Assembly (NCBI GenBank): GCA_963708295.1
Contig: CAVPSJ010000015.1
Span: forward strand, 192,001 to 256,000
Length of the DNA stretch: 64,000 nucleotides
Direction of reading: 5' to 3'
DNA from: an uncultured delta proteobacterium
GTDB lineage: Bacteria; Desulfobacterota; BSN033; UBA1163
The position numbers and the translations under genes are program-made. The notes below the pieces were generated by a model. That model was given only the letters and a program-made list of their open reading frames with translations. It made no database searches and had not been told where the DNA came from. Below are positions 54,671 to 63,860 of this stretch, piece after piece (position 1 is the stretch's first letter; each line of letters opens with the position of its first letter).

Positions 54671-55339
54671 ATGGAAGGACTGATTAGCATTTTCCAAAAA
54701 ATAAGGCAAAAATACCAGTACGGTCTGGTTATGGAAGTCATCCTTAGCAACATCGCAGAGTGGGGGCTGTTTATCAATCCTTACTACGTCTTCCAGGAGG
54801 GTTTTTTCGGCGAGAAACACAAGGAATTTAGACTTGAATTTGAAAAGTGCGAAGCCACTTATCTCGGGCCAGAAGACATGAGGGAGATTGATTGCATCGA
54901 CGGTCGAGACATTTCTGAGACGACCCTTTGTGAGCGGTTAAAGAAGGGGAATAAATGCTTTGCAATCAAGATCGACGGTAAGATTGTAGGCTTCACCTGG
55001 TGTAATCTTGACTTATTTGACCACCCGCCTAATGAAATCAAACTTAAAGAAAATGAAGCGTATTTATTTGACGCTTATGTCCTTAAGGCTTATCGGGGCC
55101 TTAATATAGCTCCTTTCATGAGGTACAGTCTCTATCAGGAGCTTGACAAAATGGGGCGCAGCGTTTTGTACAGCACTTCGGGTTACTTCAACACCTCGGC
55201 GATTCGGTTTAAGAATAAGCTCGGCGCTCGGGTAGTTAAACTCTTAATTTATATCAAACTGGGGAAAAGATTTCATTGGCATTGGAAACTAAAGTCCTAC
55301 GAAAAAGTGTGTCCACAGCAGACACCTAACAATGGCTAA
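54671..55339 (+). CDS. GNAT-family protein
   Basis: EAYLFDAYVLKAYRGLNIA, N.SAIRFK.KLG. Confidence 0.75.
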   Translation: MEGLISIFQKIRQKYQYGLVMEVILSNIAEWGLFINPYYVFQEGFFGEKHKEFRLEFEKCEATYLGPEDMREIDCIDGRDISETTLCERLKKGNKCFAIKIDGKIVGFTWCNLDLFDHPPNEIKLKENEAYLFDAYVLKAYRGLNIAPFMRYSLYQELDKMGRSVLYSTSGYFNTSAIRFKNKLGARVVKLLIYIKLGKRFHWHWKLKSYEKVCPQQTPNNG

Positions 55340-55650
55340 AAGATTGACATCCAAATGCTCCTGCAATTCTTTGAGCCGTGAGCGTTATGCTCGCTTTTTA
55401 GTGGTAATTCTTGGTTCCCGATATTCGAAAAAAATGAAGACTTGTTGATGCTATGCTAGATTGCTAGCCCCCTTTATACTGTCTCCATTAGCCCAGCAAC
55501 TCGACAAACCCAGTTAACCTAATGAACCCAAATGACTCAATTTATGCAGTGGTCTTCCACTGCCCGATTTTTGTGCGGATAAAAACAGGTTGACAATACA
55601 TATTATTTGTGATAATTTGGATGTATAATTAGGTAATATTTGGAGGTATC

Positions 55651-55845
55651 ATGAAGACGACTTTAAACATACCTGACGAGATCATTAAAGAAGCTATGTC
55701 ATTATCAAAGCACCGTACAAAAACGGAGACTGTTATTATTGCCCTCCATGAGTACATACGCCTTAAGAAGGTAGAGAAGATCCTGGGGCACGAAGGAAAG
55801 CTTGAGTTTAACGACACGTGGGAGAAAAGTCGCCATGCCCGATAA
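55651..55845 (+). CDS. vapB: VapB-type antitoxin
   Basis: MKTTLNIPDEIIKEAM...TKTETV..AL.EYIR. Confidence 0.85.
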   Translation: MKTTLNIPDEIIKEAMSLSKHRTKTETVIIALHEYIRLKKVEKILGHEGKLEFNDTWEKSRHAR

Positions 55846-56233
55846 AGTTCTTATCGACACATCCGTTTGGGTTGATTTTTTTAGAAAAAAGGAATCCCTT
55901 GTTTCCGTAAAGGTCCGAGAATATCTAAAATTGAACCAGGTGTACTATGCAGGGCCCATACTGGTCGAACTTTATCAGGGTGCGAAGACCCAGCGCGAAA
56001 TTGAGATCATCGATCAGCTCTTCGATACGACTGTCTACATCGACATTACACGGGAACACTATCATCATGCGGGGATGATCGGCCAGAGGGCAGCCCGAGA
56101 AGGAAGGGTTTTCAGCGCGATCGATATGATCCTTGCCGTATTAGCTCACGATAGTGGTCTCTCACTCTTTTCACTGGATCGCCATTTTCAGGATATTTCC
56201 AGATACTGCGCGCTGTCGTTAATAACCTCATGA
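55835..56233 (+). CDS. vapC: VapC PIN toxin
   Basis: VLIDTSVWVDF, ELYQG, IDMILA, SLDRHF. Confidence 0.9.
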   Translation: MPDKVLIDTSVWVDFFRKKESLVSVKVREYLKLNQVYYAGPILVELYQGAKTQREIEIIDQLFDTTVYIDITREHYHHAGMIGQRAAREGRVFSAIDMILAVLAHDSGLSLFSLDRHFQDISRYCALSLITS

Positions 56234-56272
56234 GTGAAGATTTAGAGCTACTAAGTTAATAAGTAAGTGAGG

Positions 56273-56310
56273 AGAGCCCATTGGCCGAAGGCTGACGGGC
56301 TCTTGTTTTT
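56273..56310 (+). terminator. Repeated hairpin/terminator, copy 1
   Basis: AGAGCCCATTGGCCGAAGGCTGACGGGCTCT followed by a T-run. Confidence 0.7.
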
Positions 56311-56454
56311 AGCCCATGGTTAATTTGGTAAATTAATTATCGTAGGATTTATTTATACCCACCAGAGGAGCTTTTACGACAGTGTTAGTGAGTTGACCCC
56401 AGTTTGACGGACACTTTAAAAAGGAATATACAATAAACCTGAAAGGAGTGTCCA

Positions 56455-56757
56455 ATGAGAAGGAGGCAGGTATTTTCACGGGAGTTTAAGCTAGAAGCGA
56501 TCCGACTACTGGAAGAAGGAAAGAAACCTGGAGCGGATATAGCCCGTGAGTTGGGGATTAGAAGGAACCAGCTTTATAAGTGGAAAGAGCAAAGAGATAA
56601 ACAAGGCGTAGCGGTATTTCCCGGGACGGGGAAACGTTCAAACAAGGGTTCTGATTCAGAAGAGATCGGCCGACTGAGAAGCGAGCTGGCGAAGGTCAAA
56701 GAGGAGAACGAGATTTTAAAAAAAGCCGCAGCGTTCTTTGCGCGGGAGCTGAAGTGA
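56455..56757 (+). CDS. IS3 transposase OrfA
   Basis: FSREFKLEAI, HTH, EENEILKKAAAFFA; A-AAA-AAG slippery site near 56718-56725. Confidence 0.92.
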   Translation: MRRRQVFSREFKLEAIRLLEEGKKPGADIARELGIRRNQLYKWKEQRDKQGVAVFPGTGKRSNKGSDSEEIGRLRSELAKVKEENEILKKAAAFFARELK

Positions 56758-57617
56758 AATATCAGTTTATAAGGTCGCAGAGAACGCATTTTAAGGTGGC
56801 AGTGATGTGTCGGGTGTTGGAGGTTTCCCGAAGTGGTTACTACGATTGGGTGGATAGACCGGAGAGCGAGCGGGCCAGACGACACAGATATTTGCTTACA
56901 AAGATCCGGCAAGCGCATATTGAGAGCCGGGAGATATATGGAGCACCGCGGATCCACGCTGAGTTGGTGGATCAGGGAGAGCGGGTTGGAAAGAACACGG
57001 TAGCCCATTTGATGCGCAGAGCGCAGATCCAATCCAGGGTGCATAAGCGATTTGTTGTAACCACGGCCTCAAACCATACCAGGAAGCCGGCTGCAAACGT
57101 TCTCAGTGGCGATTTTAGGGCAGCCAGAGCTAATGAAAAATGGGTTTCGGATGTTACTTTTATACCGACCAGGAGAGGATGGCTGTATCTGGCAGTGATC
57201 ATGGATCTTCACTCCCGGATGATTGTTGGCTGGTCCATGGGAGAGAGAAACAGCGCAGAACTCATAGAAGATGCTCTGAGGATGGCCGCCACTCATCGGA
57301 GAGATATCAAAGGCGTGCTTTTGCACTCTGATCAGAGCGTGCAATACGCTTCAGGGTCCTATCAGCGGGCATTAAACGAGTTAGGTATCATGTGCAGCAT
57401 GAGCAGGAAAGGCAATTGTTGGGATAATGCTCCGATGGAGAGCTTTTTCCATTCACTCAAAACAGAGTGCGTTGGTTTTGAAGATTACAAAACACGCTCT
57501 GAAGCCAGAGCCAGCATTTTCAGTTATATAGAATTGTTTTACAACCGAAAGCGTCGACATTCTGCTATTGGCTATCAAAGTCCAATGGCATATGAAAAAA
57601 CCATGATTGACCCTTAA
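56754..57617 (+). CDS. IS3 transposase OrfB (DDE)
   Basis: WVSDVT, LHSDQ..QY, GNCWDNAPMESFF, FYNRKRRHS. Confidence 0.95.
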   Translation: MKYQFIRSQRTHFKVAVMCRVLEVSRSGYYDWVDRPESERARRHRYLLTKIRQAHIESREIYGAPRIHAELVDQGERVGKNTVAHLMRRAQIQSRVHKRFVVTTASNHTRKPAANVLSGDFRAARANEKWVSDVTFIPTRRGWLYLAVIMDLHSRMIVGWSMGERNSAELIEDALRMAATHRRDIKGVLLHSDQSVQYASGSYQRALNELGIMCSMSRKGNCWDNAPMESFFHSLKTECVGFEDYKTRSEARASIFSYIELFYNRKRRHSAIGYQSPMAYEKTMIDP

Positions 57618-57714
57618 CCAAGGTGTCCGTTTTTCTGGGGGAAGAATAGGTGTTAAGAAGGTTTGAGTAAATCCGAAGGTTCAAAATTCGGCTGATTGTA
57701 GCAGAAAGAATGCC

Positions 57715-58748
57715 ATGATCAAAAAGAAGATCACTCGAAGAGAGCTTTTATTGAGGCCGCTGCAATGGCAACCATGGGGGTAGGTTACACCTCTCATCAT
57801 GATCCGCGGCTTGAACGTACTGTTTCAGAAGCTGGGATCCCGTCGAGGATTTTAGGAAAAGCCGGATTAAGTTTATCCATATTGGCATTTGGGTGTGGAG
57901 GCAGATTTATAAAAGGATACCCTACGGAGGAGAAGGCCTTGGAAGTGCTGAACTGGGTATTCAGCAAGGGAATTAATTATTTTGATACGGCTCACGACTA
58001 TGGAAATGGGGAAAGTGAACGCCGATTGGGCTTGTTCCTCAAAGGTCAACGAAAGAAACTGTTTGTTGCTACTAAACTGGGGTCGCGTATTAGGAACAAA
58101 TTTTTGAGCCAGTTTGAGATAAGCTTGAAGCGGTTGCAGACAGATTATGTGGATTTGTTGAACATTCACGGTTTGAGTACCATGGAGGACGTTGCTCAGA
58201 TAGGAAGCAAAGGAGGAATATACGAAAGTTTGGTCAAATTAAGGGAACAGAAAGGGACCAAGTTCATTGGGTTCAGTTGCCACAGTAATGGCCAAGTGGC
58301 AAAGGCAGCTATAGAGCAGTATGACTTTGATTGTTGCACGCTTCAACTCAATGCAGCTAAGATTGGCGGATTTGAAGACATCGCCCTTCCTGCTGCTTTA
58401 AGAAAAAATATGGGAGTGGTAGCGATAAAAGCCACTGGCCAAGATAGACTTTTGGAAAAGGTCCCTGGGAAGGGAAGGATTGAAGAGTTGCTGCGTTACG
58501 TTTGGAATCTGCCAGTAGTTTCCGTTATTCTTGGGATGCCGAGCTTGAAAATGGCCAAACAGGACATTGAATTGGCTCGAGATTTTAAGCGCATGACTCG
58601 CACTGAAGCGGAGGCTCTACGGGACCGGATGGCTCATTTCAGGCCAACTTTAGAACGATTCTTTCACATCACTCCGATTTCGAGACGATATGAACTCAAT
58701 AGATGGAGTTTCTTCTTTTTGTTTCCGAAAAGTTTGAAGATTCAGTGA
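57715..58748 (+). CDS. Aldo/keto reductase with probable Tat leader (frameshift near the start; end uncertain)
   Basis: KITRRE, GINYFDTAHDYG, SLKRLQTDYVDL. Confidence 0.82.
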
Positions 58749-58796
58749 ATAAGGTCAGGTGGAGTTGCCCGATACCGAAAACCGCAGGAGGGGACA

Positions 58797-59966
58797 ATGA
58801 GAATCGATAACTTGTCGCTAATTCCGGAAGATAGTCACTTGTGTCTTGCAGGTCGAATCGACGACTTCGCACTCTGGTATCGATTCCCGCTCTCCTGCCA
58901 TGTCCGGCTGAGTTCGGAACCGTTCGTCGCCGCAAGCCTGTTGCCTGCGATGCTCAAAGGCGAGCCAGTTCAAGTCGCTCCAGGATTTCCCATCTCGACC
59001 GAGTTTTTGGAAAATATTACCGAACTACAAAGGATTTTTCATTGCTGGAACAGGCTACTAAGGATTGTGGAGGTTCAATGTGAGACGGCCCCGGCCCAGC
59101 CCGGAAATGGTCGTGTCGGCTGCTTCTATTCCGGGGGGGTCGATTCAAACCACACCCTGATCCGCAACCTGCAGAGCATCACCGACATGGTTTTGATCAA
59201 TGGCTTCGATTTCATGATCGAACCTGAAGTGTTCGACGGGATCACGGCTAGAAATGCGAAGGTGGCAAACCAGCTGAATAAGAACCTGTTGCCGGTGAAA
59301 ACCAATTTTTTCCTGTTTGAGCAGGCAAGCCGGCTCCAGCGTACCTTGTCGCACGGAAGTTGTCTGGCAAGCATCGCGCTGGCGTTAGGTTTCGACACAT
59401 TCTATGTGCCTTCCAGCCACACATACGATTTACTGGATCCACATGGGTCGCATCCGTTAACCGACAGGTTGTTCTCGAATGGAACAACACAGATCATTCA
59501 TTACGGTTCGGGTTGGCATCGCAGCGAAAAGCTCGAGGAAATCGCCGGCTTTCCCGCAATACTGGAAAATCTGGTGGTTTGCTGGATCAAGCCGAACCAA
59601 AACTGCGGCAACTGCGGGAAATGCCTGCGCACCATGACCACCTTACGGCTCCTGGGAGTGTCCTCACCGGCCTTCCCTCCGCTGACTTCGGCAAAACAGC
59701 TCAGAAGAATCCAAATAGACAGGCCCTCGGATCTTGCTTTTGCTAAGGAAAATCTCGAGATGGCTGTAGCCCGGGGAGATCGCGAGATTCAGAAGGAGTT
59801 GAAGAGCCTCATCCGCCGCTACGAGATGCGCGAAGCCATTAGCAATCTCGACCGCGCCGTGTTGGGTTCATTCTTACGTAAGACTTATCGCCTATTTCGT
59901 CCGTTCGTTGTGGAGCGCTTTGCTTTTAACTCCCGGAGCGTGCCTGACCGTCAAAAGTCAAGTTAA
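58797..59966 (+). CDS. Hypothetical protein with PP-loop-like SGGVDS and C-x3-Q-N-C-x2-C-x2-C motifs
   Basis: CFYSGGVDS, GSHPLTD, VCW.KPNQNCGNCGKCLRT. Confidence 0.7.
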   Translation: MRIDNLSLIPEDSHLCLAGRIDDFALWYRFPLSCHVRLSSEPFVAASLLPAMLKGEPVQVAPGFPISTEFLENITELQRIFHCWNRLLRIVEVQCETAPAQPGNGRVGCFYSGGVDSNHTLIRNLQSITDMVLINGFDFMIEPEVFDGITARNAKVANQLNKNLLPVKTNFFLFEQASRLQRTLSHGSCLASIALALGFDTFYVPSSHTYDLLDPHGSHPLTDRLFSNGTTQIIHYGSGWHRSEKLEEIAGFPAILENLVVCWIKPNQNCGNCGKCLRTMTTLRLLGVSSPAFPPLTSAKQLRRIQIDRPSDLAFAKENLEMAVARGDREIQKELKSLIRRYEMREAISNLDRAVLGSFLRKTYRLFRPFVVERFAFNSRSVPDRQKSS

Positions 59967-60174
59967 AGAGTTATTAAGTGGATTAGTGCTTTCTTTAATG
60001 TTGAATTGTGAATGTTGAGTTTTAAGTTAATTTAACGTTCTTTGAAGAGTTAATGAGGTAATAAGTTATTAAGTGAATAAGTGCTGCGGTGCTGCGGTTT
60101 TAAGCCGGCGTAAGGTTTAAGGATGGACGTTTTAAATCTGAGTTTTGAGTCAGTTCAACACTAGGAATTCAAAA
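59967..60174. repeat. G/T-rich composite tract after a stop codon (families G, F, B)
   Basis: GAGTTATTAAGTGG, TGTTGAATTGTGAATGTTGAGTTTTAAG, GTGCTGCGGTGCTGCGG. Confidence 0.85.
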
Positions 60175-60286
60175 GCGAAGCCCCCCGCCCACGGGGGCAG
60201 GGCTTCCCGGCAAGGTATTATCATTCATATTGTGCCCCTTCACAACGCCTATCCCTGCTTTGGCGGGGCGGGGCGCGTTCCGGTCA
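60175..60286. mobile_element. ~110 bp palindromic REP/MITE-like insertion inside the repeat tract
   Basis: GC-rich hairpins at both ends; interrupts the TTCAAAA|ATTC context that is uninterrupted at 61520. Confidence 0.55.
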
Positions 60287-60318
60287 AGATTCCTTCAAAA
60301 GTTATTAAGTAAATGAGA

Positions 60319-60354
60319 AGAGCCCGCTGGCTGAAAAGCTGACGGGCTCTCTTC
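60319..60354 (+). terminator. Repeated hairpin, copy 2
   Basis: AGAGCCCGCTGGCTGAAAAGCTGACGGGCTCT. Confidence 0.65.
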
Positions 60355-60485
60355 ATCAAATCGTAAAGATCAGAATTTGACTTTACGCACGTTATCAAGC
60401 CGTACGATAGTTTCCACCCGCCGGAAGAGTGGTTCAGACCACTCGCTTCTGATTTCAAAATCTCATCAATTGAATAAAGAAATGT

Positions 60486-60546
60486 GCGGAAGAGCTTTAC
60501 ATACATGAGGGAACCGATTCGAGAATTTTGTGAAAATCATTTCCAC
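60486..60546 (+). promoter_or_regulatory. Candidate enhancer (PrsR-type bEBP sites) for PEP-CTERM gene 1
   Basis: GCGGAAGAGCTTTACA ... TTTTGTGAAAATCATTTCCAC, conserved with 63861-63922. Confidence 0.65.
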
Positions 60547-60642
60547 TTTTCAATTTCAATGAAATAATGAGTATTTGAGAAACATTTTGAATTATGTCTA
60601 CTTTACAGCAACTTAGAATGAATTAACAGCATTTGAGACTTT

Positions 60643-60659
60643 CTGGCATCAAAATTGCT
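60643..60659 (+). promoter_or_regulatory. sigma54 -24/-12 promoter
   Basis: CTGGCATCAAAATTGCT (GG-N10-GC). Confidence 0.8.
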
Positions 60660-60740
60660 TAATTTTTATTTCGGTTTGTTATACATTTATTTCTGATTTC
60701 ATCGGATCCCGCAGCCAAAAACTGAAGGAGGTAAGAAGGT

Positions 60741-61473
60741 ATGAGGGGAAAATTAGGTGTACTCTTAGTTGTCTTAGTGCTTTTCGGGATGATTGGCATT
60801 GCAAGCGCTAGTAACATTCTTTATTTCAACGATCTTGTCGTTGGTACTGATAGAATGGGGGGAGCCCTCGCAGCATTAAGTGGCACACATTCCGTGACAA
60901 CAGTGCTTAGCTCGTCAGCTTTTGCTACTCAAATTGCTTCAGGCAGTTACCAACTGGGAATTTTAATGGTGCAGAATTCATTCGGCAGGTACTTATGCTG
61001 ATGGAATCAATGCATTAGGGACCTTCGTGGCAGCGGGTGGACGCTCAATCTATACCGATTGGAGCAGGGATAGCAATTATGCTCCCCTATTTGGCGCACA
61101 ATGGACAGGCGGCATTAATCAAAATACCATGACCGTGTTAGACCCCGCTCTGGCTGCCGGCATCACCAATCCCATCTCTCTTATCAATCCGGGATGGGGT
61201 GTCTACTCGATGGATGTAAACGGAGATTCCATTGGAGCTACATTTGGAGATGGCAATGGAGCGATTGCATTCGGCATTTCCGGACGCAGTATCACAAACG
61301 GTTTCCTTACGGACACATTTTCGGACGGCGCTCAGGGCGTTAGGCTTTATGAAAATGAAGTAGGCTACCTTTTAGGAGCTGCGCCCATTCCCGAACCCGC
61401 TACCATGCTTCTTTTAGGGTCTGGGCTGATCGGATTGGTAGGATATGGGAGGAGAAAGTTCTCTAAAAGATAA
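60741..61473 (+). CDS. PEP-CTERM protein, frameshift ~60990
   Basis: Signal peptide; C-terminal PIPEPATMLLLGSGLIGLVGYGRRKFSKR. Confidence 0.92.
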
Positions 61474-61546
61474 TTATGAGTTATGAGTCTTGAGTTTTGA
61501 GTTAATTCAAGGCTGAGAATTCAAAATTCTTTAGGAAGTAAACAAA

Positions 61547-61586
61547 AAGAGCCCGTTGGCCGAAAAGCTGACGGGCTCTTGGTTTT
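61547..61586 (+). terminator. Repeated hairpin/terminator, copy 3
   Basis: AAGAGCCCGTTGGCCGAAAAGCTGACGGGCTCTT + GGTTTT. Confidence 0.75.
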
Positions 61587-61742
61587 ATTATATATTGTTT
61601 TTCAGAGGCAACCTTCACACGATTGGAAACGATGGACTCAGACCCTAGAAGGTCTGGACAATGGCTAGTATATTAAATCACAGCTGTCCAATTCATGAAT
61701 AATCGGGAAGTAATCGTAATTTCATTCAGTGGTATGATTCCC

Positions 61743-61982
61743 TTTACACCAGGACCCAGAGCGAGGCGTGAGGAGATTTCACTGCTTCAAACGGCCACCG
61801 CTCAGTGAGCATATGGCTAGGAGAGGAGATGGCGATGGAGCAGAAACTACATTCTTCGGGAGACTGAACCTTTGATGGCTGTGGATTATCAGATTTAGGA
61901 TGACAGAGTTTTAAGGCGGGATCTCTCGCCGAATAAAAACCTGTCGCGTTACCTGCGACTCTGCAGTGAAAATTCTATTTTG
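61743..61982. mobile_element. Degenerate copy 2 of the 38454 element
   Basis: Shares CGGCCACCG(G)CTCAG.GAGC.TATGGCT.GGAGAGGAGA.GGCGAT(T)GGAGCAGAAACT and the GTGAAAATTCTATTTTG end. Confidence 0.7.
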
Positions 61983-62856
61983 CAGCTCGGTATTAATCAA
62001 TCCAGGAGCATATCCTCTTGAAGATTGTTGACGAGACCAAGTGGTATATTTTCACTCCGATAGAGGAGTGTTGCTGAACTGACGCTTGTGCAAAAGCCCA
62101 TATCATACCGAGAATTGGCGGGAAGCTCAGAGATGGCTGAAAGGGAGTGCTTCGAGGCTCTGAAGCGTTTCAAGCGAGGACGCCGACCACGAAAGGAATT
62201 GTTTCAAATCCGGATCTAGTTCGAAGAAAAGACTGATAGGGCTCCGAGGAAGAAGAACAAGTGGTACTCTGAATCTCTGGAAAATGAGTTTGCATATCAA
62301 ATCTGATGGCGGTCCATCACAATTCGTGTGGAAATGTGAATCAGGAGTCATGAGGGTTCTCCTAATCAAGGGGCATCCGTTCCCGTTCAGAGGTGCTAAG
62401 TCACCGGCCTTAGCACGTGGAGTTGATATTCATTTGCTGTTCGAATTATGCCGTGAAGAGCACGTTCCAGCGGATGACCTCAACAGCCAGAAATGGAGTC
62501 TGCCTCTGACGGGATACTAGGTCAATGTCTTTTACAACCAACTGAGGCTCTTCTCATAGCCTAAAACAAACGCATTAAATATTTTAACGTCGCACGAGTG
62601 TATTGCGAGCCCGAGAGGACCGGCAATCCCATTTTACGTTGGATGCTTAGTCGCTCAGCTTCTTGCAATGACCCGCCACAAAATTCCTTATCTCTTTGCC
62701 TGGCTTCCAAAGGCATAAAGTGTAAGCACTCTATACTGTTCACAAATCTGCTTTAAACCCTGATGAAAGCTTTTCATAATCTTAATGGTGACGTGTTAAT
62801 TAGTTATGCCGGGTAATTTCTTAACTAAAATACCACTGTTTTTCATTCTTGTCCAT

Positions 62857-62892
62857 AAACAAAAAGCCCACCAGCCTTTCGGCCGATGGGCC
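62857..62892 (-). terminator. Repeated hairpin/terminator, copy 4
   Basis: Minus strand GGCCCATCGGCCGAAAGGCTGGTGGGCTTTTTGTTT. Confidence 0.72.
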
Positions 62893-62898
62893 CTCCTC

Positions 62899-63006
62899 AT
62901 TCCAATAACTTAATTAACTTCCTAACCTAAACTCTTAACTGCAACACCTTAATTTAATAACTGATTAACTTATTAACTCAATTACTTAATTACTTAATAA
63001 CTTAAG
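62899..63006. repeat. Family G 8-mer tract after the stop of a minus-strand gene
   Basis: Minus strand TTAAGTTATTAAGTAATTAAGTAATTGAGTTAATAAGTTAA. Confidence 0.8.
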
Positions 63007-63603
63007 TTATTTCCTAAATTTTCTCCTCGCAAACCCAGCCAATCCAATTAGTCCAGACCCAAGAAGTAACATGGTGGCGGGCTCCGGGACGGCAGCGGGT
63101 GCGCTCACGTAAGTGAGTTTTGCTTCGATTACGTCACAGCCCTGCATGCGGAATGCGCCGTCCTCTAGGGCAAGGTTGAACTGGCCACCGTTACCGAAAT
63201 TGAAGACGGCAGGATTGTCAGTCCAGTGAACTATGCCAACTTGGATAAGCCATATGCCATATGTCTCACCGTTCACAGTATCGGGCACTGTGCCGGACGG
63301 AGCTGTCCAATTGAAACTCACGGTGATCGGGTAGTGAGTCCTGTCACCCGGAGTATTGAAATCCACAGAGTTTTCTGTTGTACCGACTCTGAAAAGATTG
63401 AACTCGGGAGTAGATTGACCCACATTCAAATTCCACGTCGTCGGGGGCAGGATCGGAGTCGAGTAGAGGACAAGACCCGGGTCAATCGTTCTCAGTGAGA
63501 CGTTGTAGCTGTTAAGTGTGAACGTATCCGCACCTGCCATTCCTCCCATACCAAAAATTAGAGTTGCCGTGAAGATAAATAGAATACTTTTTGCTATCTT
63601 CAT
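63007..63603 (-). CDS. PEP-CTERM protein
   Basis: MKIAKSILFIF signal peptide with GGGGAG RBS; AVPEPATMLLLGSGLIGLAGFARRKFRK. Confidence 0.93.
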   Translation of the reverse strand: MKIAKSILFIFTATLIFGMGGMAGADTFTLNSYNVSLRTIDPGLVLYSTPILPPTTWNLNVGQSTPEFNLFRVGTTENSVDFNTPGDRTHYPITVSFNWTAPSGTVPDTVNGETYGIWLIQVGIVHWTDNPAVFNFGNGGQFNLALEDGAFRMQGCDVIEAKLTYVSAPAAVPEPATMLLLGSGLIGLAGFARRKFRK

Positions 63604-63770
63604 CTTTAGCTCCCCTTTCTCTATAATATTTTTGTTATCTCTGTTAGTCTCTATATTTTGGATCTTCTCCTTATATCCACTGTCAGCCCCCTTGGGAATG
63701 GGAACCAATTTTCTCTCGGTTTCCGAACCATTTGTCGCCACTTGGATACAGAAACTTCGATGTATTTTAA

Positions 63771-63787
63771 AGCAATTTACGTACCAA
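63771..63787 (-). promoter_or_regulatory. sigma54 -24/-12 promoter
   Basis: Minus strand TTGGTACGTAAATTGCT (GG-N10-GC). Confidence 0.78.
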
Positions 63788-63860
63788 ATATGTAAAATGC
63801 TGTAAAGCCACGGAAAGGTTTAACTTTTTTGGTTGGAGACTCCTGACGGGACTGGAATCC

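Larger units (their letters stand above)
56389..57648 (+). mobile_element. IS3-family insertion sequence
   Basis: IRL TGAGTTGACCCCAG..ACGGACAC and IRR GTGTCCGT..CTGGGGGAAGAATA (ends TA, not CA); two overlapping ORFs; no clear target-site duplication. Confidence 0.92.

Noticed and set aside
55590-55629. sigma70 promoter for TA pair 3
   Set aside because: TTGACA and the candidate -10 boxes are spaced 15 or 28 nt apart, so the pairing is not convincing.
62000-62800. Short ORFs between the PEP-CTERM genes
   Set aside because: No recognisable motifs or RBS; likely non-coding or decayed sequence.
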